DNA of 64,000 nucleotides from an uncultured delta proteobacterium (GTDB taxonomy: Bacteria > Myxococcota_A > Polyangia > Polyangiales > Polyangiaceae): positions 352,001-416,000 of the forward strand of contig CAWKKR010000011.1 of assembly GCA_963850305.1 (NCBI GenBank), given 5' to 3'. The first letter of the stretch is position 1; each line of letters begins with the position of its first letter. A program made the translations under genes and the position numbers. The notes beneath the pieces were generated by a model, which was not told the DNA's origin, did not search any database, and saw only the letters and a program-made list of their open reading frames with translations. Below, one piece after another: positions 45,637 through 55,064 of this stretch.

Positions 45637-47778
45637 TCAATTCGTCGCCGGGAGAATCCCGCCGCAATCGGCGGGACACGTCTGCGGTTCGAGCGGCGGC
45701 TCGCAGATGTGGTTCCCGCAAACGGGGGCGCCTGGGCCACAGTCACCTGGACAGTTGGAGGCGTTCTCGCCGTCCGTACATAGACCGTCACCGCAGAAGC
45801 GCCCACCCACGCAGTCTTGTGGACAATTCGTCGCGCTCTCGCCGGGGGCGCAGAAGCCATCTCCGCACTTCGACGCCTCGATGCAGTCCGTGGGGCACGT
45901 CTGTCCGGTCTCGCCGGGACCGCAGATGCCGTCGCCGCAGACCGTGCAGTCCTTCGGACAACTCTGAGCGGTCTCGCCGGCGCTGCAAATCCCGTCGCCG
46001 CACACGTGACAATCGAGTGGGCAGCTGAGCGTGGTCTCGTTGCCGGAACAAACCCCATCGCCACACGTCTTTGGACAGTCCGACGGGCAACTCTGCGCAG
46101 TCTCGCCGGGGCCGCAATGCCCGTCACCGCAGACGCTGCAGTCCTGGGGACAACTGAATGGGTTTTCCGTCCCGGAACACACGCCGTCTCCGCAGAACGC
46201 GACGGGTTTGCAATCGGCCGGACAGGTCTGCGACGACTCCGGAGCGACGCAAAGGCCGTCTCCGCAACCACCGCAATCCGCCGGGCACGTCTTGGGGCTT
46301 TCCTGGCTCGAACAGACACCGTCCCCGCAAACCAGGAGGCAATCCCTGGGGCAGCTCGCGGATTCGCCGGGGCCGCAAATGCCATCGCCACAGACAGCGT
46401 TGACGCAATCCTTGCAATTGGAGGCGTTCTCTCCCGAGCCGCAGATGCCGTCGCCGCAGTAGCCGCAATCGGGGTTGCAGGTCTGGCCATTCTCGTAACT
46501 GGTGTTGCAGAACCCGTCGCCGCAGTAGCCGCGACAATCGGTCTGACAGCTCCGGGGCGTCTCGGTTCCCGTGCACGCTCCGTCGCCGCAGACGGTGCAA
46601 TCGTAAGCACAGTTCAGCTGAGTCTCTGCAGCTCCGCACACTCCGTCACCGCAGTAGCCGCAGTCGTAAGCACAAGACTGCGCGTTCTCCGCGCCCGTGC
46701 AACTCCCGTCCCCGCAGATAGGCACGCAATCGGACGGACAGGTTACTGGGTCGCTCGGCCCGCAAAAGAAGTCGTTGCAGACCGAGCAGTCGCGCGGGCA
46801 CGTCGCGGTGTATTCGCCCGGCTCGCAGACGCCATCGCCGCACCTGGGACCGCAGTCGGAGCAGTTCTGTGCGGTCTCCGCCGCGCCACAAACGCCGTCG
46901 CCACAATAACCGCAGTCGTAGGGACAGCTCGCCGGACTCTCGCCGGCTTCGCAGAGGTTGTTGCCGCAGCTGGCGAAGACGCAATCACTCGGGCAGGTGT
47001 AAGGGGTCTCACTCGCATCACAGATTCGGTTGCCGCAATTCCCGCAATCGTTCGGACACGTCGCCGACGACTCCGAGGCCTCGCAAATACCATCGAAGTT
47101 GCAGGTGCTCGCACAATCCGTGGGGCAGCTGCTCGGCGTTTCTCCGCTCTCGCAAACTCCGTTGAAATCGCAGGAGCCCCCGCAATCCTCGGGACAGGTC
47201 TCGAACTCTTGCCCGGCACAGATTCCGTCTCCGCAGATCGTCGGCGCGCAATCCGCGGCACACGTGAGTGACGTCTCCGGCGGACCGCAGACGTGATCCC
47301 CACAAAACCCGCAATCGGGGTTGCAGGAAACAGCGGTCTCGTTGCTTTCGCAAATGCCGTCACCGCAGAATCCGGCGCAGTCTTGGGGGCACGACCCGGG
47401 CGACTCATTCGCCTCGCAGATGCCGTCACCGCATGGGCCTTCGCAGTCCGCAGGGCACGTCTTCGACGATTCGCTACTCTCGCAAACGCCATCGCCGCAC
47501 GAAGTCGGTCCGCAATCGCGAGGGCAGGTCGCTTTCTCGCCCGGATCGCAATGGCCGTTGCCACACAGATTGCCGGCGGGACAATCGGCGGGACACGTCT
47601 TGGCTGTCTCCGTGGAGTCGCAGATACCGTCGCCGCACACCGAGTCGGGGCCACCATCGCCGAATTCTCGGCCTGGGCCACCCGGAATCTCGGCACGGCC
47701 GCACCCAGCAAGTGCAAACGCGCTCGCGCACAGCGCCATCGACGCAATACCCACCCAGGTCCGATTCCCCGAAGTCAT
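45637..47778 (-). CDS. Lipoprotein built from 30 four-Cys repeats (CGDGxC..E...CPxDC)
   Basis: Lipobox LAGC; repeats counted by hand from the translation. Confidence 0.88.
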   Translation of the reverse strand: MTSGNRTWVGIASMALCASAFALAGCGRAEIPGGPGREFGDGGPDSVCGDGICDSTETAKTCPADCPAGNLCGNGHCDPGEKATCPRDCGPTSCGDGVCESSESSKTCPADCEGPCGDGICEANESPGSCPQDCAGFCGDGICESNETAVSCNPDCGFCGDHVCGPPETSLTCAADCAPTICGDGICAGQEFETCPEDCGGSCDFNGVCESGETPSSCPTDCASTCNFDGICEASESSATCPNDCGNCGNRICDASETPYTCPSDCVFASCGNNLCEAGESPASCPYDCGYCGDGVCGAAETAQNCSDCGPRCGDGVCEPGEYTATCPRDCSVCNDFFCGPSDPVTCPSDCVPICGDGSCTGAENAQSCAYDCGYCGDGVCGAAETQLNCAYDCTVCGDGACTGTETPRSCQTDCRGYCGDGFCNTSYENGQTCNPDCGYCGDGICGSGENASNCKDCVNAVCGDGICGPGESASCPRDCLLVCGDGVCSSQESPKTCPADCGGCGDGLCVAPESSQTCPADCKPVAFCGDGVCSGTENPFSCPQDCSVCGDGHCGPGETAQSCPSDCPKTCGDGVCSGNETTLSCPLDCHVCGDGICSAGETAQSCPKDCTVCGDGICGPGETGQTCPTDCIEASKCGDGFCAPGESATNCPQDCVGGRFCGDGLCTDGENASNCPGDCGPGAPVCGNHICEPPLEPQTCPADCGGILPATN

Positions 47779-48006
47779 GCGTTTTGGGATTTCAGCAAGA
47801 GGCGGGCCACAGGGCCAACGTTCCTACGTGGGGCCGCTCCCGCTCGGTGCAGCTCTTTCCACGCGTGAGTCGCACGGAGCCATGTCGAGGGTGAGCCAAC
47901 TCGCAGGCCCTCCGCAAGTGGCACAGCCACGACAACGGTGTCCGACATCGGCGGCGATGTCCCGGCTAGACGAGCGTTCAGTGCGCTCGAGCGGGAAGCC
48001 CGACGT

Positions 48007-48747
48007 TCAGAGCGCGTCGAGGTCAGTCCGACCGAGATCCTCCACGCCACGACAACGAGCGTCGAAGACGTCCGCGAGAATCATCGCCGTAGCCTCGGCC
48101 TCGGCACGCATGTCCGGGGCGACCCGCGTGAGGTCGAGCACGGAAGTCACGCCGTAATTGGCGATGCCACAAGGCACGATGAGCCGAAAAAGATCGGTTT
48201 CCGGCGAGAGATTCAGAGCAAACCCATGCATCGTTACCCACCGGGACACCCGAACCCCGATGGCGCCGATCTTCGCGAGCTCGACGGCGTGTTCGGGCCC
48301 GGGCCAGGCTTCGATCGACGCGCGATCGACCCAGAGCCCGATCAAGTCCGGCACCGTGCCCGCCGAGATCCCGTGGCGGAGGACCATGCGGCGCATCGTT
48401 TCCGCCAGGTCGCGGACGTAGCGACGGACATCCCGGCGGTCGGGGGAAAGGTCGAAGATCGGATAGGCGACGAGCTGCCCGGGCGCGTGAAGGGTCACAT
48501 CCCCGCCCCGGTTCGTCGTGACGACGTCCACTCCGCGTTCGCTCAGCGTCTCCTTATCGAAAAGGACATGGGACGGGTCCGCGCCGCGGCCCAGCGTGAC
48601 GACGGGCGTGTGTTCCAATAGCACTACCGTGTCGACGATGCGTCCCGTGGCGCGCGCCGCGCACAGCCGCTCCTGCAGTCGAAGGACGGGCTCGTACGGA
48701 CGCGTTCCGACCCACACCGCTCGAATCTCGCGTCGCGAAGCGATCAC
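48007..48747 (-). CDS. lipB: Octanoyltransferase
   Basis: LEH.PV.TLG, RGGDVT.H.PGQLV.YP, KIGAIG and HGFALN...I.PCG. Confidence 0.93.
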   Translation of the reverse strand: MIASRREIRAVWVGTRPYEPVLRLQERLCAARATGRIVDTVVLLEHTPVVTLGRGADPSHVLFDKETLSERGVDVVTTNRGGDVTLHAPGQLVAYPIFDLSPDRRDVRRYVRDLAETMRRMVLRHGISAGTVPDLIGLWVDRASIEAWPGPEHAVELAKIGAIGVRVSRWVTMHGFALNLSPETDLFRLIVPCGIANYGVTSVLDLTRVAPDMRAEAEATAMILADVFDARCRGVEDLGRTDLDAL

Positions 48748-50243
48748 TCGGGGACTTTCGTCCCGAGCTCGCGTTGCTCTTCGAGCCATCGGTCGATGCG
48801 GTCCGTGAATTCCCCCGCCACACTCGGGTCGAACTGGCTGCCCGAGCACCGGACTATCTCGCTGACCGTCACCTCGTGCGGGAGGGCGCGCCGGTACGCA
48901 CGGTCGCTCGTCATCGCGTCGTAGGTATCGGCGACGGAAATGATGCGGGCGATGAGCGGAATGTCCTCACCCTTGAGACCGATCGGGTACCCACGGCCGT
49001 CCCACCGTTCGTGATGGAGGTGCACGCCGGGGATCACGGGCTCGAGAAATCGGATCGGATCGAGGATCTCGCGACCGTACGCGGGATGCTTCTTGAAGAT
49101 CTCGTACTCGTCTTGCGTCAGCTTGCCCGGCTTGTTGAGATTCATGACGCAGCCGATCTTGCCGATGTCGTGCATGAGCGCGGCGTGACGCACGACCTCG
49201 ACGAACGGCGGCGCGGCGCCGAGCCATTTGGCGAGAACCGAAGCGTACCGCGAGACGCGCTCCGAATGGCCGGCCGTGTAACGATCCATCTTGTCGATCG
49301 TGCGAGCGAGGCTCTGGATCGTCTGCTGGAAGGTCGACTGAAGGTCCTCGTAGAGTCTCGCGTTGTCAATCGCGGCAGCGGCCCGCGACGCCACGATGCT
49401 GAGGAGCTTTCTCTGTCCCTCGAGGAAGCGCTTCCCTTCCGTCAAGCTGATTGCTGCGATCCAGCCCAGAAGTCGCTCCCGAGTGCGAAGTGGTACGACG
49501 GCAACGCTCGAGACGGGCTTGTCGGGTTGCTCGGCAAAGAACTCGGCTGCTCGCGCACCGTGCTCGACCACGGGCTCGCCACCGGCGAGCCGGACTTTGA
49601 GCTGTACGTCGTCGAAGCGGCCGGCGCTCTCACAATCGTGGAGCGACGGGCCGCGATCCACCTTGCGCTCGAAGTACCCTCCGGCGCCGTCGTCGAGCCA
49701 CGTACTCGCGACGTCCGCGTGAACTTCGTGGATCGCGCTGTCGGAAAGGGTCGCGATGACCTCGTCGAGCGACAGGCTCGCGGCGATGGCTTCGCTCACC
49801 TTGTAGAGGGACAGAGCCTCGCGGAGCCGCAGGTTCTCCGCGGCGAGACGCTGCTTCTCGAGCCCCCGCTGCACGATGTGGATGACCTCTTCGACCTTGA
49901 ACGGCTTCAGGATGTAGTCGTACGCGCCGCGCTTCATCGCGTCGATCGCCGTCTCGACGGTCCCGAACCCGGTCATGATGATGGTCATCGTGTCCGGGTG
50001 CGCCTCGGACACCTCGCGGAGGAGCTCGATCCCGCCCATGCGCGGCATCTTCAGATCGCTGATCACCAGATCGAAACGCGAGAGCCGAAGTTCGTCGGCG
50101 GCCGCGGCGCCGTCCTCGGCCGTTCGCACGACGTACCCTTCCATGACGAGGAAGTCCGCGATGATGTCGCGGATGAACTTCTCGTCATCCACCACCAGAA
50201 TTCGCGCGTGCTCGCCCGAATGGGGCGCGTCGGGCTGCGACAT
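48744..50243 (-). CDS. Response regulator with REC, GAF and HD-GYP domains (cyclic-dinucleotide phosphodiesterase)
   Basis: VVDD, SDLKMP and KPF in REC; a GAF domain; then HS.RV, HDIGK, HHERWDGRGYP and AD.YDAMTS.R.YR. Confidence 0.92.
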   Translation of the reverse strand: MSQPDAPHSGEHARILVVDDEKFIRDIIADFLVMEGYVVRTAEDGAAAADELRLSRFDLVISDLKMPRMGGIELLREVSEAHPDTMTIIMTGFGTVETAIDAMKRGAYDYILKPFKVEEVIHIVQRGLEKQRLAAENLRLREALSLYKVSEAIAASLSLDEVIATLSDSAIHEVHADVASTWLDDGAGGYFERKVDRGPSLHDCESAGRFDDVQLKVRLAGGEPVVEHGARAAEFFAEQPDKPVSSVAVVPLRTRERLLGWIAAISLTEGKRFLEGQRKLLSIVASRAAAAIDNARLYEDLQSTFQQTIQSLARTIDKMDRYTAGHSERVSRYASVLAKWLGAAPPFVEVVRHAALMHDIGKIGCVMNLNKPGKLTQDEYEIFKKHPAYGREILDPIRFLEPVIPGVHLHHERWDGRGYPIGLKGEDIPLIARIISVADTYDAMTSDRAYRRALPHEVTVSEIVRCSGSQFDPSVAGEFTDRIDRWLEEQRELGTKVPE

Positions 50244-50281
50244 ACCGGCAAACAGCTTACTCTAGCGAGTCGCGCGCCGTC

Positions 50282-50875
50282 CTAATGATCTGGCTGCTCG
50301 CCTAGCAGGCCCCCGAGTGTGTGGCGAGCGCGGGGATCGTACGACTTCAGGTAAGAGAGATTCAGTGCGTTGACGAGCGCGTGCGCGACGAGCGGGCCCA
50401 GCAGCGAGCCGGTGAGCTGGAAGATTCCGCCGAAGGCGAGCCCGACTACGGTCGCCCAGGTGACCCAGACCCAGCGACTTTGGCCGCGGATCTGATGCGC
50501 CGCGCCGAATATCAACGACTGCGCGACGATCCCGACGCAGGGCTGCAGCAGACCGCGAAAGAGCATCTCTTCCCCGAAGGCGCTCAGGGCCGCCATCACC
50601 AGAATGGACGACACCGACATCCCACTGGCATACGGCCGGAGCGCGGAGTGCAGCTCTCGTGCCCAGGAGAACCGCGTGACGGCCAGACGCGTCGAGAAGG
50701 CGACCAATCCGCCGAAGGCAACGCCCCAGAGCAAGCTGTAGACGTGGCGCGCCGCCGGGCCGAGCTCGAGCCAGGGGTCGGGATAGAGGAACGCGGACTG
50801 TCCGCGCCACAGATCGACCAGAACGAGCGCCAGGATCCCCAGGAGGGCGTAGGCGGCGGCACCCCAACGGAGCAT
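50282..50875 (-). CDS. CPBP (Abi/Rce1-like) intramembrane metalloprotease
   Basis: EEMLFRG, FGAAH and AHALVN, with several TM segments. Confidence 0.88.
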   Translation of the reverse strand: MLRWGAAAYALLGILALVLVDLWRGQSAFLYPDPWLELGPAARHVYSLLWGVAFGGLVAFSTRLAVTRFSWARELHSALRPYASGMSVSSILVMAALSAFGEEMLFRGLLQPCVGIVAQSLIFGAAHQIRGQSRWVWVTWATVVGLAFGGIFQLTGSLLGPLVAHALVNALNLSYLKSYDPRARHTLGGLLGEQPDH

Positions 50876-50985
50876 CGGGGACGCACTATGACATTTGCCC
50901 TCTGTTTTCGCATCGGGTTCCGGGCTTCCTCGGACGTTCATCTCGGGGGAGACAGCGAGGCCGAGCTGTGTAAAGTCCCGTCACG

Positions 50986-51690
50986 GTGGACGCGCGCGAC
51001 AACCCCGAGGTCCTGGAGAGGTTCCATCGTTCGCTCGATCTCGTCGACATCGTCGCCCGCCAGATTCGCCGGACGATCGGTCAAAGCATCGACCTCGACG
51101 ATCTGCTGAGCTACGGCCGCGAGGGGCTGCTCGACGCCGCCAGAAAGTACGATCCCGGGCGGGGCGTTCCGTTTCGTGCTTACGCGAATTTCCGTGTTCG
51201 AGGCGCGGTGGTCGATGGAGTTCGGGCAAGTGCCCGACTGCCGCGACGGGTACACGAGCGGCTGCGGGGCCTCGAAGCGGCGAATCGAGTCTCCGAGGGC
51301 GCCTTGGAAGACACGCTGGCTGCGTCGGCGCCGGGTACGAGACACGACGCGGAGCAGGCTCTCGAGAAACACCTGGCCTCGCTGGCCACGGCCATCGCTG
51401 TCGGCCTCCTTTCCGAGGCCGCTCGCGGCGAGGAGGGGGAGCTCACCACGGTCGACGCGGGACGCAGCCCCGAGGAGGCGTTGAGCCAAGCCGAGTTGTT
51501 CGTGATGGTGCGAGCTGCGATCGATACTCTTCCGGATGAGGAAGCAATACTGGTCCGTCGCCATTACCTGAACGGCGAGCGCTTCGACCTGGTCGCCGCC
51601 GAACTCGGACTCAGTAAGTCCTGGGCGAGCCGCCTTCACACCCGAGCGATTGGACGCCTCGCGAAACGACTGCGCGGCGTGGCGGACTGA
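50986..51690 (+). CDS. FliA/WhiG (sigma-28)-like RNA polymerase sigma factor
   Basis: DDLLSYG..GL.DAA..YDP.RGV.F..YA..RVRGA..D and LSKSW.SRLH.RA. Confidence 0.85.
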   Translation: MDARDNPEVLERFHRSLDLVDIVARQIRRTIGQSIDLDDLLSYGREGLLDAARKYDPGRGVPFRAYANFRVRGAVVDGVRASARLPRRVHERLRGLEAANRVSEGALEDTLAASAPGTRHDAEQALEKHLASLATAIAVGLLSEAARGEEGELTTVDAGRSPEEALSQAELFVMVRAAIDTLPDEEAILVRRHYLNGERFDLVAAELGLSKSWASRLHTRAIGRLAKRLRGVAD

Positions 51691-52020
51691 TCAATCGATC
51701 TTGCCCGTGTCCGCGCTTGCGTCGCGAGGCGACGCATCGCCCTTTGCCGCGTCCGACATCGCGGCGTCGCCTGCCTGGCGCTGACCTGAATCTCGCACGA
51801 CGTCGCTTCCGTCCTCGACACCGGCATCCATCGCGGGCGCGCCACCCGCGCCGTTGCTCTTGCTGGGGTGCCCCGCGTCGTACGGCGGGGTGATGGCGGT
51901 CGCCCCGCCTGCCTGGATGATGCCGTATGTTTTCGGAGAAACCACCTTCGGCGCGGTGCATGCCGAAGGCAGCGCCGCCAAGGCGGTCGCGAAAGCCCAA
52001 AATTTAGCCGGAAGATGCAT
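51691..52020 (-). CDS. Small hypothetical lipoprotein
   Basis: Lipobox-like PSAC and a low-complexity DAG-rich tail. Confidence 0.55.
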   Translation of the reverse strand: MHLPAKFWAFATALAALPSACTAPKVVSPKTYGIIQAGGATAITPPYDAGHPSKSNGAGGAPAMDAGVEDGSDVVRDSGQRQAGDAAMSDAAKGDASPRDASADTGKID

Positions 52021-52107
52021 TTTATCTCACGAGGCCGACGGCCTCGTCCCGTAAAGGAAGCGGGGGCATATACAGCACACTCCGGGATCCTGGGCTAGTC
52101 TGGGACC

Positions 52108-53223
52108 ATGCCGGACCGCGTGCTCGTCGCGATGAGCGGGGGAGTCGATTCTTCCGTCGCGGCAGCGCGTCTACGCGCCGAAGGGTGGGACGTGGTCGGG
52201 GTCACGTTACACCTCTGGGATTATCCCGACGATGCCCCCGTGAAGGGGAGATGCTGCGCGCCGGAAGACATTCATGACGCCCGGCGAGTCGCGGATGCCC
52301 TCCAGATCCCACATTACGCGTTCGACCGGCGCGAGCTGTTCGAGCGCGAGGTGGTAACGCCGTTCGTGGAGAGTTACCTGGCCGGAGCGACGCCGAGCCC
52401 ATGCGTGCGATGCAACCGCGGCGTGAAGATCGAAGAACTCCTCGCACTCGCGGATCGCCTCGGCGCGAGCCGTGTCGCGACCGGCCACTATGCGCGCGTG
52501 GAAACCAGCGAACCGCGGCGCCTGCTCAGGGCACGCGACCCTTCCAAGGATCAGAGCTACTTCTTGTACTCGCTTCGAGCCGCGCAGCTGGAACGACTGT
52601 TATTCCCGCTCGGAGAAACGACGAAGCGCGAGGTCCGGGACGAGGCGCAGCGCCTCGGTCTGCCTGGTGCGAACAAAGGGGAAAGCCAGGAACTCTGCTT
52701 CGTGCCTACCGGTCGCTACGATGAGCTGGTGCGCTCGCGCGCCGGGAACCGTGTTCGACCAGGCGCGATAGTCGACGAGAGCGGGCGGGTGGTGGGAAAT
52801 CACGACGGGATCTTCGGATTCACGATCGGACAGCGGAAGAACCTCGGCGTCGCCGTCGGACATCGCGCATATGTCGTCCGACTCGACGCGGAGACGAGCA
52901 CGGTACACCTCGGTCCGAGGGAGGCGCTGGGAAGCCGCAACGCGATCGTCGACGAGCTCACCCTCGCGCCGGGCGTTTCGCTGCCCCTGCGCGCAGACGT
53001 CGTGGTCCGCTATCGCGCTACCCCGGTGCCGGCGACCATCGTGGGATGCGGCTCGTCGCGCGCGGAGGTACGGCTCGAGGGAAATGCGACGGTCGTACCC
53101 GGGCAGGTGGCGGTTTTTTACGCGGGCGACGCGGTGCTGGGTGGCGGCACGATCACTCATCCCTTCACCCCCGACCCGCAGCCAAGTTCCTTTTGCCAAA
53201 GCGAGATCGAATGCGCGCCGTAG
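52108..53223 (+). CDS. mnmA: tRNA 2-thiouridine(34) synthase
   Basis: AMSGGVDSS, PCV.CN, ATGHYAR, KDQSYFL, ESQELCF, TIGQRK and PGQ. Confidence 0.95.
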   Translation: MPDRVLVAMSGGVDSSVAAARLRAEGWDVVGVTLHLWDYPDDAPVKGRCCAPEDIHDARRVADALQIPHYAFDRRELFEREVVTPFVESYLAGATPSPCVRCNRGVKIEELLALADRLGASRVATGHYARVETSEPRRLLRARDPSKDQSYFLYSLRAAQLERLLFPLGETTKREVRDEAQRLGLPGANKGESQELCFVPTGRYDELVRSRAGNRVRPGAIVDESGRVVGNHDGIFGFTIGQRKNLGVAVGHRAYVVRLDAETSTVHLGPREALGSRNAIVDELTLAPGVSLPLRADVVVRYRATPVPATIVGCGSSRAEVRLEGNATVVPGQVAVFYAGDAVLGGGTITHPFTPDPQPSSFCQSEIECAP

Positions 53224-53858
53224 CCATCGGTCTCATCGCCCTTCCTTTCGCGGTCGGCGCATGCTCGACGGGCACGGGAACGGGGAGCGTCACGAGCGAT
53301 CATCTGGTCGTTTCGGATTGCTGGGACGGCCCGTTCGACCTGAACCCGACGTTCTTTGCGACAGACCCATTCGAAGACACCCAGCAGATCCGCATTCAAC
53401 GTGGCGACAACCTGGAAGGTGTCTCGGACGGCGTGCTCATCGTGGTGAACGACGTCGCCGAGATCCGGAAGAGCGAACTGGGCAAACCGATAGCACTGGG
53501 GCTGCCCATCGGCGTCAATCCGCCTGGCTTCCCGGTGCGGGTCTCGGCGGACCCGCCGGAAGTGAGCTTGTCGCTGTATCTGTACAATACGTGTCACGTG
53601 CAGGACGGGGCCGTGTACGCAGTCTCCGGTACCATTACCTTCAACTCACTCTTCAGCGGCGACCGTAACGAAAACAGCGCAGACAATCGGCTGACGGACG
53701 CGGACTTCGAGGCAACCCTCGCCGACCCCAGGAACGGCGTCGTCGTCGCCGACGGGGGGGCCGATACCGTGGAATACCCGGCGACGCAAACGAGCACTCT
53801 CGTGGGGAACTTCCGGTTCTTCTTTCAACGCGGTCAACCCGCACAGCCGTTCCCATGA
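53211..53858 (+). CDS. Hypothetical lipoprotein
   Basis: Lipobox VGAC and C-terminal F.F.FQRGQPAQPFP. Confidence 0.75.
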   Translation: MRAVAIGLIALPFAVGACSTGTGTGSVTSDHLVVSDCWDGPFDLNPTFFATDPFEDTQQIRIQRGDNLEGVSDGVLIVVNDVAEIRKSELGKPIALGLPIGVNPPGFPVRVSADPPEVSLSLYLYNTCHVQDGAVYAVSGTITFNSLFSGDRNENSADNRLTDADFEATLADPRNGVVVADGGADTVEYPATQTSTLVGNFRFFFQRGQPAQPFP

Positions 53859-54049
53859 TGACGTTCATAGACGGAGCGCTGCGGACCGAGGCAGCGCTTT
53901 TTCGCCTGAAATTCGGTTGCGCAGATTGCGCACACTACGCCGCCGAACGACTCGCGTGCGCCGAGGAATATCCGAACGAAGTACACCGCGACACTCGCAT
54001 CGAGGCGGCACACTCGATGGAATTCTGCAAGAGCTTCGAGCTCGCGTAA
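53855..54049 (+). CDS. Small four-Cys protein
   Basis: Overlaps both neighbours (ATGA and TAATG); pattern CxxC-x9-C-x22-C. Confidence 0.7.
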   Translation: MMTFIDGALRTEAALFRLKFGCADCAHYAAERLACAEEYPNEVHRDTRIEAAHSMEFCKSFELA

Positions 54050-54975
54050 TGCGGTCCCATCCTCCGACACTGATCAGAATCGTCGAACGTACTCTCGCGG
54101 AAGAGTGCGACCTGAGTCACGGCGAAAAAATTCTCGTGGCGTGCAGCGGCGGAGGCGACTCGATGGCGTTGCTTCACGTCTTGTCGATACTCTCGTCCCG
54201 CTTCGGCGCGACCCTGGAGGTTCACGGCGTGGACCATGGGCTCCGCGCGGAAGCTCGGACGGAGCTCGACCTCGTCGAAGCGCTCGCGCAGCATCTCGCT
54301 ATCCCCTTCGGGCGAACCCGGATCGAGGTCGGCGAGGGCGGAAATCTTCAGGCCCGAGCGCGCGAGGGACGACGACGCGCGCTCTTGACGGCGGCCGGGC
54401 GAACGGGCGCTAGCAGGATCGCGACGGCGCACCACGCCGACGACCGCGCAGAGACTTTCCTGATTCGTCTCCTGCACGGTGCGCGTCCCGAAGGGCTCGG
54501 GGTGCTAGGTCCGGTGGACGGACTGTTCATTCGACCATTGGTTCGCGCTCGAAAAGCCGACGTCGTCCGACATCTGCAGCGTCATCACCTGGCATTCGCG
54601 TCGGACCCGTCCAATGAAAATCATCGCTTTCTGCGAGTCCGCGTTCGGCACGAGCTCCTGCCGCTCCTCGAGGCGCTCTCACCGGCAATCGTCCAGCATC
54701 TGACGGCGCTCGCCGACGAAGTGGGTTGGGGCCCACCCCCTAGGCTGGTCGACGAGGACGGGCGCCCGATCTCGCTGCGCCGAGCGCATATTCGCGAGGT
54801 TCGGCGAGCAGCAGGGCTCGGGCGCAATGCTCGGATCCGCATTTCCGGGGGCCGCGATGTGGTCGTGGCCCCCGGGGTTCGTGCAGCCCGGCTAGATGTC
54901 GGAAGCCCCGCCGGTGAATCGGTGGGAGCCGTCCGAGCACAGAAGGGGGATGCCAAACCCGGGAAAAGTGGTTAA
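54049..54975 (+). CDS. tilS: tRNA(Ile)-lysidine synthetase (short form)
   Basis: SGGGDS, DHGLR, AR..R, TAHH.DD.AET, IRPL and DPSN...R.RVR. Upstream of ftsH. Confidence 0.92.
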   Translation: MRSHPPTLIRIVERTLAEECDLSHGEKILVACSGGGDSMALLHVLSILSSRFGATLEVHGVDHGLRAEARTELDLVEALAQHLAIPFGRTRIEVGEGGNLQARAREGRRRALLTAAGRTGASRIATAHHADDRAETFLIRLLHGARPEGLGVLGPVDGLFIRPLVRARKADVVRHLQRHHLAFASDPSNENHRFLRVRVRHELLPLLEALSPAIVQHLTALADEVGWGPPPRLVDEDGRPISLRRAHIREVRRAAGLGRNARIRISGGRDVVVAPGVRAARLDVGSPAGESVGAVRAQKGDAKPGKSG

Positions 54976-55064
54976 CTGATGCCCGACAGTCGACCGCGCG
55001 GGCCGCACAACGCGGACTCCGCCCCCCATCGGGCCGCAGGGTCTCTTGTGCGCCAGAGGTTTTC

